The position numbers and the translations under genes are program-made. The notes beneath the pieces were generated by a model. It was not told where the DNA came from and did not search any database. It saw only the letters and a program-made list of their open reading frames with translations. A stretch of 56,146 nt of DNA, the filler included, from Bipalium vagum (taxonomy: Eukaryota): assembly GCA_037834085.1 (NCBI GenBank). It is 3 parts of 3 records of this genome, joined end to end, with 100 filler letters (N's around TTAATTAATTAA, not from the genome) between each part and the next. Parts side by side here need not be neighbours in the genome. Positions count along the whole stretch, not along the records: positions 15,775 to 40,189 come from JBBMKC010201273.1; positions 40,290 to 56,146 come from JBBMKC010141991.1; 1 more part is not named here. The stretch is one strand, 5' to 3'. Positions within the stretch are counted from its first letter, which is position 1. Each line of letters opens with the position of its first letter. This document shows positions 38,591 to 53,100 of the stretch, piece by piece.

Positions 38591-40189
38591 AGTGGTTTAA
38601 TTAATAGTTTCAGAAAAAATTGTTAATAAAGTTAAGAATCAATATAGAGAAAGTTTTATTTGTAATAGATTAATAATGATAAAAATGAAATTATTAAAAA
38701 GCAAATTCTTATTATTTAGCTGAATTCTTTAGAAAAAAGAATTTCATTATAAATTTTATCATAAATTCCGAATCAGTTGTAAGATTAGCAGAACGAGAAT
38801 ATCAGTTTTTGTTTTGTTAAAAATTAAAACTTCCAATATCTTTTTGTTGCATTATTTTCTGCATCTACTGTCCAATTGTTAACCTGGTTTGCGTTTTTCT
38901 CTTTATGATGTCTACCTACTTCATTTTGCAGATTGATATCTGCATAAAATAAATGTTATTTTGAAAAAAACAGAACTTTATAAGGCCCAATAATTTCTTT
39001 TAAAAATTAAGATTTTTTTAAAATGTAATAAGTATTCTAGAATGTCATTATGATATTTGTTATAATAAAGAAAGGTGGACTTCTTTCATAGAAAATGCTG
39101 TTTTGTATTTTGAAGAATGATATTTGTTTTGTTTTTGTAAAATTCTTTGTTAAATAAATGTTTACTTTATGCACAGAATTTACGGACAACCGAGTAAATG
39201 TCTTAAATTTTTTTTATGTGATAGGTAGAACTGGTATAATAATCTAGACCAATCAATAGATGTAAAACTGACTTCGAGGTCACTCAAAGTCAATCATCTT
39301 TATCGCTAGATGACTCTGAAATTTATATCCAAAATATAACATCGTTTTGGAATTCAATTAAACAAACATTGAGGAAATAGGAACGATTTATTCTAGTGAT
39401 GTTTAAAAGTATATTGAGAAATTGTCATTTAAAAGAAATATGAAAAATTTTGTTTTGACACTTGTACATCATTTAAGTAACAACGAATAATATTTTTAAT
39501 TTTTTAAAACTTTTTTTAAATAAGTCCAATTTATTATTTATAAAACTTAGAAGCTTTAAATTATAAAAAATTTAACAAGCTTTGTTAGACCGCTTGGCAA
39601 TCGAAAGGTTTACATTACATATTGTCAAATTATAAACATTTACACCGTTTTCACTTCTATTCTGACATTGCAAATTTAATTTTAAAATTGAGTTAAGTTT
39701 TTGCTTAAAAGGTTTATCTTACAAGTTTTTAACAAGATTTCGAATCTCAGAAAGGTTTTCGGATGAACGTTACGAACAATACTGTCACAATAAAAAATAA
39801 AAACAAATAGATTACTAAATGAATAACTGAGATAACACGTTTTAATAGCAAAATCTTTATTATAAATTATGATTTACAATTTCAGATTACACTGACGTAT
39901 TTAGATTTGTGATGAGCACCAGAAATCTTTAATCACAGGCTTAGCCTAATGAGTTAAAGCCCTTAGAACGTTTACCAGCTAGTGGCTGTGTAAACGTAAA
40001 AAATAAAAAAGAAGAAAAAGGAACAACAATAAAGATTTATTTGGTCGACAACAAGTGTCGCGTATTTATTTTCAAGAAGTTAATTAATTAAAAGTTACGT
40101 CAATCTGCAAGGATTGCGCAACGACGAATACGCTTAGATTTTATTTAAATGAAAATTAAGATTCAGTACTTCTGTACTCACAGAGTATG

Positions 40190-40289
40190 NNNNNNNNNNN
40201 NNNNNNNNNNNNNNNNNNNNNNNNNNNNNNNNNTTAATTAATTAANNNNNNNNNNNNNNNNNNNNNNNNNNNNNNNNNNNNNNNNNNNN
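40190..40289. other. Artificial assembly spacer N44-TTAATTAATTAA-N44
   Basis: Identical in structure to 15675-15774. Confidence 0.97.
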
Positions 40290-41045
40290 ATATAATTTCT
40301 GCGGTCTCGTCACAAACATGTCATACACAAACTGTAAGACTACAAAATAACGGTATTCATTCTAAATCTTAATTATCGGTCCTGTTTATCAAGAATAGAA
40401 CAACTGGAACTTGTAAAAGTCATCAGAAGATAGTGTATGTTTTCACTTCATCTGCTGATTGACAAGTTCGATAATATCGAGTTCGTCACATTTTGGTAAA
40501 CACTCAACGATCGAGTATTTTTAAGTCGAAATATCAGGTGGCTAATGCAGAAGTTCTTTTTCTTCAAGGGATCTGATAACATAAGCAACACCATCTAGCG
40601 ACAGTTATCGTGCATGATACTAATTTCGGCTGCTAAAAATGATGTCACTTGACGTTTGACGTGAATCATTTTTGAAGGAATTTAATTGATATTCATTATC
40701 TTCTAATTCATGTATTATCTTTACAAGCTTATCGTGATGAGAAAAATGAGGTCAGTGTCTGGACTTAAAATTTTCTTCTAAAGAAATTTATTATCCTGGT
40801 TAGATGTTCGTAGGCCATGGTAAAGGGTTCTCAAGGATATTGATTCATTATCTCATACTTCACTGTTGAATTGAAGACATCCTTTAACCTCCATGTCATT
40901 TAGGTGTCATGATCCAACCAGGAAACGAACTTTTTCACTTGTAATTTCCATATCTGACAGGTTGCACTAGGAAATTACTCATAATTTACAAATGAATTTT
41001 GGTTATGTAATAGTCTAATAATACTGTAGCAGTCATGCACTAGAT

Positions 41046-41330
41046 CAGTGACTTTTCGCGTCACGGAACACTACGTTAATCAAAAACTTTCTACGGAACA
41101 CCCATAATATATGACCAATATAATTTTATAAAACTTAACAACAGAAAAAATTGAACATTTTTATTACAAAATTCAATTATGATTGAGTATTATTAATATT
41201 AAATTATTAAGAATGGAAAATTTGTTTAAGTATTATTGTTCTAAAAACCATTCAAAAATATATTGTTCAAAATGACTGACTTTGTCTTATCGCAGATAAC
41301 AATGAGAAACAGTACAGATGTTACAATTAA
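41046..41330 (-). mobile_element. Probable Buster/Charlie hAT terminus
   Basis: CTAGAT|CAGTG... followed by repeated CACGGAACAC / TACGGAACACCC subterminal motifs typical of Buster-type ends. The partner end was not found. Confidence 0.4.
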
Positions 41331-42254
41331 GTTATTAAATAAAAAGTCTAATGACTCTGGAGTATTAGAAGTGATCTGATATTATAATTTGTTTAATATC
41401 AAGTCCGATATTTCAATCATTATTTCAAAAATTTTCTTTATCATGCCCATACACTCGTGCCATCAAAATTATATCAAATACAAAATTAAGAAGGGACATT
41501 TAAACAAGAAAAATGTATTCATTTCTTTTTTAAAAATAACGTGGATCTTTTTAATATCTCGTTTTTATCATTAAATAATTAATAATATAATGAAATGGAA
41601 AAAAATTGTATCAGCTGGATTTCCTGGGTTTCAGAACCTCTACTGGCGGTAAGTGATCAGAATGAAACAGAGGGAACCCATTTATTCACAATCATAAATG
41701 AAGAGAATATCGCAAACGGTTGAACGAAGACACCGATATTGGATGATACATTCTCTAATTAATAGATATTCTGGTATATTTGTCTTCAACAGAAAACCGT
41801 AACCAGAGCAAGAAATAAAGCGTAAAAGTATATGAAAAATGTATGAACCAATAAAAGCAGATCGTAAATGAACTTTGTGAATGACAAATGATCGCCCATC
41901 CTCGGTTATACTCAAAGCGATGCCTGGTGAAAATGTCTACAATTTTCTCTAGTTGCAGAATTTATCCAGAAATTCTACAACGAAAATGTATTCTAGATTT
42001 ATTTCACTAACAATGTTTCATTGTATTGAAAATGCCTTGGAGAAAAATCAGAATAACTGAAAAAAAATGTTTGAAAAATTCTTAATTTTTTATTATATAT
42101 TCGAATTTTTTTTTATAAATATGTACATAATAAATATGATCCCAAAACATCAATAAAATTTAGAAAATTCTTTTCCGTTTTACTTAAAACAATTTTTTCT
42201 TTTATTAAAACAAGAAAAGTGTTCTGAATAATATATAAATATAGGTATATATTG

Positions 42255-43050
42255 AAAAATTTAATAAACTATTATTATTATTTTTATTATTATTATTACT
42301 TTTATTAATATTTTTTAATTAATTCATTATGTTATTTTTATTATATATAATATTATTTTTTAAAATGTTATTTGTAAAATTATTTTTATTATTTGTAATA
42401 TTATTGAAATTATTATTAATAAAATTATTATTTTTTTAAATTATTTTAAAATTATTTATTATTGCCATTTTTATTAATATTAATTTTTTTTCTTAATTTT
42501 TATTTATTTTTTAAAAATTTTTAAAATTATTTTTTATTGTTATTATTATTATATTTAATATTATTATTTTTAATTTAATTTCTTATATTATTTGTAATAT
42601 TATTTTTTTTCAGTTGTTTAATTATTTATTATTGTCATTATTATTGTTATTAATATTATCATCATCATCATCATTTTTATTACTTTTAAATTAATTTTTT
42701 ATTGTTTATTATTGTTGTTATTATTGTTATATTTAATATAATTATTTTTATTTTTATTTTTTCAATAATATTATTATTTATCTTAATTTTTTTAATTTAT
42801 TATTATTTTTTAATTTTAATTTTATTATAATTTTTAAAATATATAATATTATTTTTATTATTTTTTAAAATTTTTATACATTTTTTTTATTGTTATTATT
42901 ATTATATTTAATTTTTATTATTTTTCTAAATTTTTTTAGAAAAAAATTTTTTTGTTATTATTAATTATTTTATTTTTATATTTATAATATTATTTTTATT
43001 ATTTTTTTTTATTTTTAAAATTATTTTTTATTGTAATTATTATTAATTTT
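42255..43050. repeat. About 800-bp low-complexity (TTA/TTT)-rich tract
   Basis: Almost devoid of G/C, with degenerate tta repeats and T-runs; strongly T-skewed on the + strand. Confidence 0.9.
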
Positions 43051-44002
43051 TCTCGTTTAATATAATTAAAAACGTAAAAATGGAAATTTTCATTCCACAA
43101 TATTTTTTCGTCAGAGCTCTACTGGGAAATTTTATCGTGAAAAGAGGAAACGTCAAAAACGATATTGACAAGTTGAACGAAATCAATTAAAGTCTGGAAA
43201 TAATTGGATTCGGTTTCCGGACGTTTGAGAACGTATATAAAATGCAAAAGTTGTAATTCAGGGACCGTGACAAAAACACAATAGCTTCCTTATTTGTTTT
43301 CCTTTGGTTGGAGAGAATCGTGAATTAGATTTATCGCAAATTGTCTTTAATTGTTCGCTTCAATTAATCTCGGAGTGTTGTAACAATAATTAAATTTCAA
43401 TTAAAAATCAATAGACAAATCCCAATTGATACAATGGTCAAAGAATTCACTGTAACAACTGTGGCTTGTTCTCCATGAGTCCGATATGTTTGGACCATTA
43501 TTGAACGAGGAAAACGAAATTATTTCTCCTTTTTCATCTCTACTTTTATGGAGAAAAATGAATAATTTCTCAGGCCTTTTTGCTTGTGGCATAATTTGGT
43601 TTTTTTCGGAATTTTTCCCCGTTTTTCACAGTTTATCTTTTTCTCTCAATCGATGGCATCACTGGAAAATATCTGTTTCTTTTATATCAAGGAAAATTAT
43701 TTCACATATTGAATAATTTTATAATTTTCACTTTTCTCTGGTTCTAATTATTTCAGCAATAATGAATCCATTATGCACTTATTATCTTGCTAATTCCATA
43801 TTATTTTCCCCTTTCCTTAATAATGCCACTGCTTTTGTGTTTGGGAATATATTGCCTAAAATGAATGTAAAAACGAAAAATATTTAATATTTGTGTCTGA
43901 TATTCAGTTTTATTTTTCTTTAAATCTCTGGATTATGTAAATTAATTTTCATTTTTGTTATTTATTTTCAATTAAATGAGCAATGTCTATATAGTATTTT
44001 TC

Positions 44003-44035
<33 letters not shown>

Positions 44036-44165
44036 TATTATTATTATTATTTATATTATTTTTTAAAATATTTTTAATAATTTTAATATTTTTATATTAT
44101 TTATATTATTATTATTAGTTATATTATATTATTATTTGTAGTATTATTATTACTTATTGTTATCT
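44003..44165. repeat. Imperfect (TTA)n microsatellite
   Basis: tta repeats with interruptions. Confidence 0.88.
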
Positions 44166-45799
44166 TTTTATAAAAATTTTAAAAACTTTATTCAATACAT
44201 TTTTAAAAAGTTATTAAAAGGAAAGAAAAACTTTTGTATGATTTATGAATTTCTTTTAAAAAAATAGCATTTAAAAAGGCAAAATATTAATAATTAAATT
44301 ATTCATAATATTTACTTCGGTCTAAAAAACTTTGTTCAAGAAATGGTCCTTATTGTGACAGACTCCCAGCCATAATGTTATTCAGATTCCATTCGAAAGA
44401 ATCCAAGCCAAAATATACTTAATACTTATTTTTACATTTATTGCTCATTTATGTTTATCATTTATCATCACTCAAAACGAAGGTTTAATCAATGTAATAA
44501 ACCAATTTTTCGAAAGTAAAAAGATAGGCTTGTCAATAGGAAATGGTAAAATGAAAAACCATATCATTATGATTCGGTAATAAGCGTCGCTACAATATCG
44601 ATATTTCGAGACATGTATCATAGAAATAAATAAATAAATATTATTATTTATAATTATTAAAGGAAAGGCTCAGTTTTTGTATAGATTTCGCGATATATGA
44701 ACCACTTCGATATGTCAACGAAACAAGTGAGCAGAGTGTATTCGTCCAAATGATCATTGTTCCCTATAAAAGGAGACTAGATTCAATAAAAATTACTTTT
44801 TTATATAATATTATTAATTATTTCCTGAAGCTAATGGCCCCTTAAATTATTCATGCTTGTTGAATTGGCTCTCTGTTTTCAGAATGAAAAAATAAAAGGT
44901 ATTTCAGAGAAATTTAAAGATTTTTAATAAATATATCTAAGAGCAGACTTTGACGCGACATTAAAATAATATACAATTCACACCCTATTCTTATTTTTCA
45001 ATTATTCAGAGTAAAAATAGTAAAATAATTATAATTTTATTATTTTTATATAATTCAAAGTGATGTTTAAGGTAATCCTAGATTTCTCATAATGCCTTTT
45101 TCATTATTTTATTTATTTGAAATTGATTTTTAAAATTTTAATATTTATAATATTAAAACAATAAACGTTTAATATATGCAATACCTAATAAACTTTATCT
45201 GTAATTGAAACAAATACAATTTATATAATAATAATTTTAATTTTAATAAAAAATAGTGAAATTATTATTAAAACAATAATTATTTTATAAATATCAATAA
45301 TAATTATTTATTGATTATTTGGTTTCTGAAATATTCATTTATTTTATTAATTATTTTAAAAGTTGTCGAAATCAGATTGTATAATCAAAACAATTTTAAT
45401 ATGAATTTAGAATAAAACTGAAATAATAAATAAGCTTAATTAATTAATTTAATAAATATATATCTCATAATATTTATTAATTTTCTGTGGTAATTTGGCA
45501 ATACATAAATTCCAGGTTTACAAAAAACTTGGACTTCATAAGAAAAAATTATCGTACAAATTTTTCAATTTTTATAAACTGAATCAAATAATTGAATAAA
45601 TGGAAATCTGTTAATGCTAAGTCCAGAGAATATGGTGAATCATCCAAAAAACGGTAATGTATTATCATAAATTTTAGGAAGTTTTAATTTCCATTGGGTA
45701 GGTCATATTTTATTGACAGTGATTATCTAATGTTATGATTTCACAACGCGTTAATGTAACTTGAAAATTTCAACAAACTAAAATCAACAGAACAGTTCA

Positions 45800-46355
45800 T
45801 ATGTCACTTTCGTATTTTGAAATTGATTAATAAAGTTTTATTGAAAAATCAGACAATTACAGGTTACCGATTTCAAAAAAAATTTGAGCTCAAAAATATA
45901 TATTACATATCTGAAACATTGTGGCAAGAAGATATGGCAGCAGATTACACTGCCAGAGCAGCAATGGTGCTTTTAATAGTTCTTTGAAAAGCAAATAATT
46001 TCTCGAAATACAGATTTTCTAGAATCGTGTATGTTCGCTACAGGTCCATTACAGCACCACACTTTTTCCTTTGGAACTACCTGAAAAAACGGATGTATGT
46101 CAACAAGCCTAAAACTATACTGCAGCTTAAGAACATATCAACCGAACTTCAGGTGCCTTATAAATCGTTCTAAGAACGGTCATGAAAAATTTTTGGAAAA
46201 CGAATAATCGGAATTACTTAAGTGACGTCATTTTTCATAAATAGTGAAATTAAAATTCCATTTTTGTTTAATTATTTCATTAAAAACAATGAAGTAGTTT
46301 ATTAACAGACAAAATTTGCTTCAACTGTTAAATAGTGACTTCTGAGCCATCCTGT
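45800..46355 (+). mobile_element. rosa (DD41D)-like Tc1/mariner 3' remnant
   Basis: Reads LWQEDMAADYTAR (W.QQDGA..HTA) and APHFFLWNYLKKRMYVNKPKTILQLKN (PDFFLWGYLK..VY.NKP.T...LK). Ends ...TCTGAGCCATCCTG, a CAGGGTG-type TIR. Confidence 0.75.
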
Positions 46356-48479
46356 CACAATAAATCTTGAGAACCTTTTTTCGGTCCAATATTTTGAAGT
46401 AAAATGTGCAGAAAGTTATTCAAAATTTATATCTATTATTATTGACAAGGTCTGCTGTCCTTTTGTCATTTTTACCAGCTCAAAGAGAAAATGGTTTGAA
46501 CATGTGGTTCATTATTTGCTACAGTTTTAAAAGTTATTCTCAAAAACAATTACGGGCGGACCAGGCGATTTGTTACTCTTCACTAAAACCATTCAACTTA
46601 TGGTTAGATTGTCCTTAAAGAGAGCCCAGCGTTTTCATAAACCTTATCTCTTGTATTTCAGAGTAAAATACTCGAATTAAAAATTTTCTTTATCTTTTCG
46701 TAATGTTTTTTTAAATGTAATTAAAAAATAAAAAATTGAAAACATCGTATTATTTAAACAAAAACTTTTAAAAATCGTTATTTAATTTATTTGTATTGAG
46801 TAAATTTTAACTTAATCAATATTTATTTAATAAATATTCGATAAAAAGAAGTGGAAAATGAAATTGTGTATGCGAAAAAACAAATAAATTAAAATAAATA
46901 CAAAAATTAATTCATAATTTTAATATTTAATTAAAAATATTAATTTATTTAATATTATACAATTTTCGTTGAAAAATCTTTTCAAAAATTAAAAATTTAT
47001 ATAAAAAGAAGTCTGAGTATAAATTTAATGTAGTGAAAAATCAAATAAATTCAAGAGTGATTAATCAATAAATGTGGTTATAAAATTTATTTACCCTGGA
47101 GAGTTCAAATCTTTATGGGGTATTATATCCCAAAATACAACATTAGATTCAGCCTAATCACCACCATGAAATAACCTCTTGAAAAGGGCACCGTTTCACC
47201 ATACTTAGTTAAAAAGAAAAGCTGCACCATTTTGTTAAACATCGAAAAATTGCTATACCAAAATTGTATATTACAAAAAATTTCTTCTTTTGCTTCGATT
47301 TTAATCTTTTAGTCGGGACTATTAATATTATAAAAAGAATTCCAAGTTAATTATTATTTTTTATTAACAGCAGTAAATCATATTTGCTAGGATGAGGAAT
47401 AAATTCTGATTCAGTTTTCCCCTCTGTAAATGCTAAATCTTTCAACGCATTATATCTCTATATGTTTTATCTAAATAGTGGAAATTCTACAAAAACAATG
47501 TCTACAAAATATATGAAATATTTTTCGTAATTCCTTCAAAAAATACTCTGCAAATAGTAAAATCGCATTGAAAATGACTTTTTCCTGTTTTTTATAATGT
47601 CTGCCCAACTGTCTTGACAGTGAAACTTATATTTTGCAAAAGGTTATGCAGCAGTTGGACTTGATAAAATGTAAGGAAAAATTGGTAGTTACCATTTCGC
47701 AGTTGACGGTATTTATTTTGAAGGAAACTTTACTAATTTTTACGAAAGTAATGGAACGTAGAGAAATAAAAAAACATTTTTCTTGTTGAAACATCATTTC
47801 CTATGATATTTATAAGTACGGCGTTGGGAAAGTTTGTGGAGTCAAGTAGTTGTAAAGTACAAGCCAAGCCAAAAAATTTTTTTCAAAATAATCGCCTTTA
47901 AAATCAATACAATTTTTAAAAATATTTTTTCAATTCTGAAGTTGACAGAATATTAAAATACCAATACCTTGAATTTTGGCATAGCGCTCATCACGTAATT
48001 TTTAAAGGGTGAAAATAAAGAGGTCACCAGGTGAAAAATAAAATGAATACGGATTATGTGTTATTAATTATACAAAATATTGACTGGGAAATCATCTTTT
48101 GGAAGTCGGTGTTGTGATGATGAAGAATATCTTGTCGATTTCAATTATTCACCATAATTTTTGAAATCATTTGTGATAAGAAAATTGTTTCATACCATTC
48201 AGTATAGGTTGTTCTCTAAAGTTATCGTTGTCAAAGAAATAGGTTATCTCTTTCTTTACAGCCCTACAGGACCAAATTGATTTTTTGGTTTTGATTATAC
48301 TTTTAAATACCAAAACAGTAAATTGTTGCCGTTTTCCAGGGTCATTCTTATAAATTAAATTTTCATCACCAGTGATGACGTAAATTAAATTCGAGAGATC
48401 TCTGTTAATTTCCTACAATTCTTTTGGTAACATTTAACAATGTTTTTTTCAGATATCAAAATATATATGTAAGATCTTC

Positions 48480-49167
48480 ACCTACAGATGGTCGTGAAGA
48501 TGTTTCAGCTAAGACTGTTTCCAATTATCTGCGAAAAATAGGACAATGAAAGAAATTCGACAAATAGATCCCAACGACTTGACAGATAACCAAAAAACCA
48601 TTTTGAGATGTCTTCCGAATTTGTTTTGCGCAACAAAAAGAAACTTTTCCTCTTTCGTATTTTGAAATGTAATGGATCTTACCAGTGGTTAGATCGATAT
48701 GAACCCCCTATACCTTTTCTTAAACGTAAGTTTCACCAACGGAAGGTTTTGGTGATTGTCTGTGTTTTCATAAATTATAAATTCTTGATATAATCAATCA
48801 CCAAGGAAAGGTATTGTGTGGAAATAGAAGAAGTGTATCAGCCCTGGTCAATAGAAAAGACCCATTGGTTCTCAATAATAACGTCAAGTAATCTACCGCA
48901 CAAAAATTGAACTAGCTTGATGTTGAAAATCTGCTTCACCAATCCTACTTGCCTAAGTTCTTCATCGAGAGAATGTTCTCCAATTATGATGCTGTTATTA
49001 AAGCCTTTGAAGATTTTGTAACATCTAGAACTCTAGATTTTTACTCGTTTGGAGAAATTTGCTCAGTGTAATGATTCCTATTTTGATAAATAACATTTTG
49101 TTTAATCTTTGATTTTTTTATTTAAAGTTCTATATTAAAACCTCCATGGATTTCTTTACATCCTTAT
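48480..49167 (+). mobile_element. Mariner remnant
   Basis: Reads KTVSNYLRKIG..KKFDK*IP, QWLDRYEPPIPFLKRKFHQRKVLVIV, LVNRKDPLVL and LLHQSYLP. Decayed TIR end ...GATTTCTTTACATCCTTA|TA. Confidence 0.75.
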
Positions 49168-49169
49168 AC

Positions 49170-49560
49170 AACACAATGATCGCTACTCATTTCATTGATA
49201 TATTTTTAAAAAGGAATGGTTTTGTTGCTGCAACATATTATTTTCTCGTAGTCTTCGTTGAATAGTTGACAGAAAAATAGGCAATCTTTCATTTATTTCA
49301 GCTCTGATATAAGAAGTTGATTTGAATCAGTTTTCAATACTAATTGTTAACATTTTATGGTAAGTTCTTTTTATTGTTTTTGCTTGAATAGCCTGGTCGA
49401 TTGCGATCAATATTATTATTATCTGAATCACGATGACGCAATATTATTGTCAAAATTTTTTAAATTTTCGGGATTTCCAGTATGATTTACCCTGTTTTAT
49501 TAAAAATAACTATTTCCACTCTTTTTCCATTGGAATTTTTTTTTGATTTAGCCATTACAA
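49170..49560 (-). mobile_element. Tc1-like N-terminal remnant
   Basis: Minus strand MAKSKKNSNGKRVEIVI..., RNRPG (GRPR-like) and ISAEINER, which fit the Tc1 bipartite DNA-binding region. Confidence 0.5.
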
Positions 49561-52510
49561 ATATTTTGAGGAAAAGATAAGAGATCAATAAGATTTAAAC
49601 TATTATAAATTACTTCATTTAAACATTCTTATTAATAAATAATTAACATTATTTTATATTTTAACTTCAATTCAAAATAAGATTTTAAAACAAAAGCAAT
49701 CTATTATTATTAAAATTATTAAACATATCATAAAAGTTGTTGCATAATTTTTTAATATTTTAGTACATTGATGAATTCCAACAAGATATAGATTTTAAAT
49801 CGAAATTTTAACAGGATCTTAACAAAAAATATATTAATTTATGGCTAAGTAACATCTAACTAATAAATAAATAAAAATATTTGAGTAAAATAATTTAAAT
49901 AGGCCATATATGAAGTTAATCTTGATTTTTCATGTTTTAGTTAAGAGTTTCTAAACTGTTGATCACTAGTGTACATAAACCACAGAGACCGAATATTTTA
50001 AGAACGATTTTATTCAAAAAACATGATAATGTTTAATGACCAATATTTGCTAAAAATATTCATCGTCACTTATTATATTTAGATTATTTTGCAAACAATT
50101 CATCTCACAAAAAAGCCTATATCTTTTTCCTTTTTTAAAACAACTCTGAGACGTTGGGTTTTTTTTCCATTCATCTACTTGTTTCCTAATTCCTGAATAT
50201 GAAACGACCCATCAAACTTATTTCAGGGTGGTTAACTGGTTATGAAATATTATATATATATATATATAATGGTATTCTGTTACAAAATGCATAAGATTTT
50301 TTGGTTAAATGAACGTCCATTTTTGAAAAAATCTTGAAAAATTTTGTCTTTTATGAATTTTTATTAAGCTGAAAACGGTTTTTATAATATTTTTGAGATT
50401 TAGAAGTCTTTTAGAAAATTATATTTATCATGTCATTAAAATCGCTTTTTAGCGTCCTTATTTCTTTAGTATTTATTAATATATATTTTACATTGAAAAC
50501 AAATGAAAAATATTAATTAAATTTTAAATAATAAATAAAGAATTTAATAAAAAATCTACTTTTCAAACAAAATTTTAAACAAAATAAATTATTCTTTTAA
50601 ATCATTTTCGATGAAAATTTTAAAAATATTTTTCCAGAAAAAACAAAAACATCACATCATTTAAACATTAAAATTAATAATTAGTAGAAAAATCTGAGAT
50701 TCATTAAAGAATTTTTATTGCCTCTTGGAGATTTTCACGAGATTTTCCAAAATTATCTCGTTTCATTTTAGTTTTTCTTATCTCGTCGTTATATTTTGAA
50801 AAACAGTAAAAATCAACTGTTTTTTGGTAAACTTTTCCCAGACTTACACCGATGGGTAATTCCAAAATTATTCTTGGAATGCTACAGATATGTGTAGAAA
50901 TCATAAAACTTTAGAAGAATTCCTGTTTGAAATTTGATTTAACTATCGCATTTATAAGTTTTTGACTAAGACACTCCATGGAGCTTCTCCAGACTATTAG
51001 AATATCAAATAATTGCTCTAGAGATTCTCTGTCGTTTGGTTCCTTGGGATTCCAATCGAATTGAATTAATGCCACGCTTTGTGTTCTCATAGGGTCGTTT
51101 TCAGTTGACTGATCAGGTCGCCAGCTACTTAATGGATTGGTCTCAACCCACTGCGTTGATAGGTGTGCCGAACGAGTAAGTATATACAGCGGGTAGCATC
51201 TCCTGATAACCAGAAAATCTTCAGAAAATGCGACAGTTAAATAAAAATAGATCCGAATTTCTACTAACCTAAACTCAGTGTGGCATTTTATGGCAAAGGT
51301 TTAACAAAATTTTTCAATGAGATTTGAGAAAATAATCCTTCTTTTATTTATGTTTTACGGAAATATAAAGGAAGAAAATTAAGCATTTAGGATCTCAGAA
51401 TAAAATTACTCTTTAACTTGATCTAACGGAACATAAATAAAATTAACTTTAAAACAGTTTTCGAAATTCATCACAAATATTTTCTCGCTGTCTTTAATTA
51501 ATACTTAAACATTTTAATATTTAATGCGCATTAACCGAAATTTTGTGAATATTTTCACAAAGATTACAGAAAATAAATAATGGAAGTAAAAAAATAATAT
51601 TATTATTATTAATGTATAAGCATGAATAATATTATATTTGTGTGTTGGAGTTAATATAAACAAAAATATAAATAAAATATAAGAAAAAATAAATACTTTT
51701 TAAAATATACTTCTCTGATAAATAATTCATACAAACAAATAATTAAACTTTTTATCATATTTATCATGGGTAATAATATTTTGTGTGAAAATATTATTAA
51801 AGAAGGCTTCGTCCAACACTTATTCTTAATTAATCATTAGGCAACTTTTGATTATTCTTCCCATAGTCTGTTAATAATTTCTCATGAAAATATTTTTTTT
51901 GGGGAGAGCTGTTTATTTAATTTAATTATATATAATGTTAAATATAGAAATAACATTTTACAAAGTATCTTCATGAGACTTTTGGTTTTCTTGAATTCAT
52001 TGTTAACCGAGTGAAAGTAAAGTAGATTTTTTATTTTGTTTTAATGAACGCACTTCAAATCAAGTAACTTTACAAGGAGAATGTTTTTAATCTGTTAGCG
52101 TAATATAATTTTGGAAGGTCACTTCAATCTGCATAATCGGTCTTCAAGTTTTCAGAATATGAATAGATATTGTTTTAATAATTGTAAATTAAAGGAATTA
52201 ACATAACCATTCATTATACAGTCGTGGATAATAAAAAGTACACACCTTTTTAAATACTAGTACATATTTTTTCACATTTTTTGAAATAAACACTAACTAA
52301 TAATTTGTTATGTCACCAGAAATGTTATACAAAGTCTTAACACGGTCAATCTTGTATTGCATCAAAATATGGTGATATATTGTTCTGCTCATTAATTCAT
52401 TCCATATTTCCTCCAACGTAGAGAATAACTGTTGATATCTCCTAATCTCGTTTCAGTACTCATTCCACACGACCCCATAAATGAAAACAATATTATAGGG
52501 TTGTAGAGCG

Positions 52511-52563
52511 ATTTTCAACATTTTTTCAATCATTTTCAACATTTTTTCAATCATTTTCAACAT
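52511..52563. repeat. 21-bp tandem duplication (about 2.5 copies)
   Basis: ATTTTCAACATTTTTTCAATC repeated directly, inside a Tc1-like remnant that begins TA|CAGTCGTGGATAATAAAAAGTACACACC at about 52217. Confidence 0.85.
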
Positions 52564-52729
52564 TTGTTTATAAAGAGAAAATACAATACTTTTCAATATA
52601 TATTTATAATACAAAATTCCTTTTAATCATTTTTAATTTCATTGTTCATGGATCTGTGAACATATCGAAACATATTTCTTCAATATCCTTTGCAATTTTC
52701 TTTAGTAATCAAACTTGCTGCTTTAGATA

Positions 52730-53100
52730 TCTGAATTTCACTATCGGACTTTGAACGAAATGGAATAGTAGAACTTCATGAAGGTGGAATGAGTTTCAGA
52801 GAAATCGCTATACGGCTGGTAAGAAATGATTCCGCTATTTGATGGTCATAAAATGCTCAATTTGATGAAAGCCTGCAATATTGAAAATAGATAGATAGAA
52901 GATAACTTCATCTCCTTCACAAACAGATTTATACAGACCACCAAAATTGATATTGGAAATATAATTTTGAAAGTAAACCTTAGGAAAAAATCAGCACTAC
53001 ATATTAAAGATTGAGAAATATTAGTTTGCGCTCATACAGTGTACAATTGATGTCACACCATAAAGCCACAAGACCGTTTCATTTTTATTTCTTTTTGGTT
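52730..53100 (+). mobile_element. Tc1-like transposase N-terminal remnant
   Basis: Reads LSDFERNGIVELHEGGMSFREIAIRLVRNDSAI, matching LS.FERG.IVGL.E.G.S.R.IA.RL.R. Confidence 0.75.

Noticed and set aside
39938-39966. tRNA D-arm/A-box-like GGCTTAGCCTAATGAGTTAAAGC
   Set aside because: No B-box/T-loop (GTTCGA) or cloverleaf downstream; at most a decayed SINE head.
41650-41900. Possible non-LTR reverse transcriptase traces (LFTII, LDDTF)
   Set aside because: Motifs are too short and in inconsistent frames to support without a profile search.
43200-43255. IIGFGFRTFEN, reminiscent of the bacterial ISL3 C-terminal GFRNFEN
   Set aside because: Isolated short match with surrounding stops; no other ISL3 motifs and no evidence of bacterial DNA.
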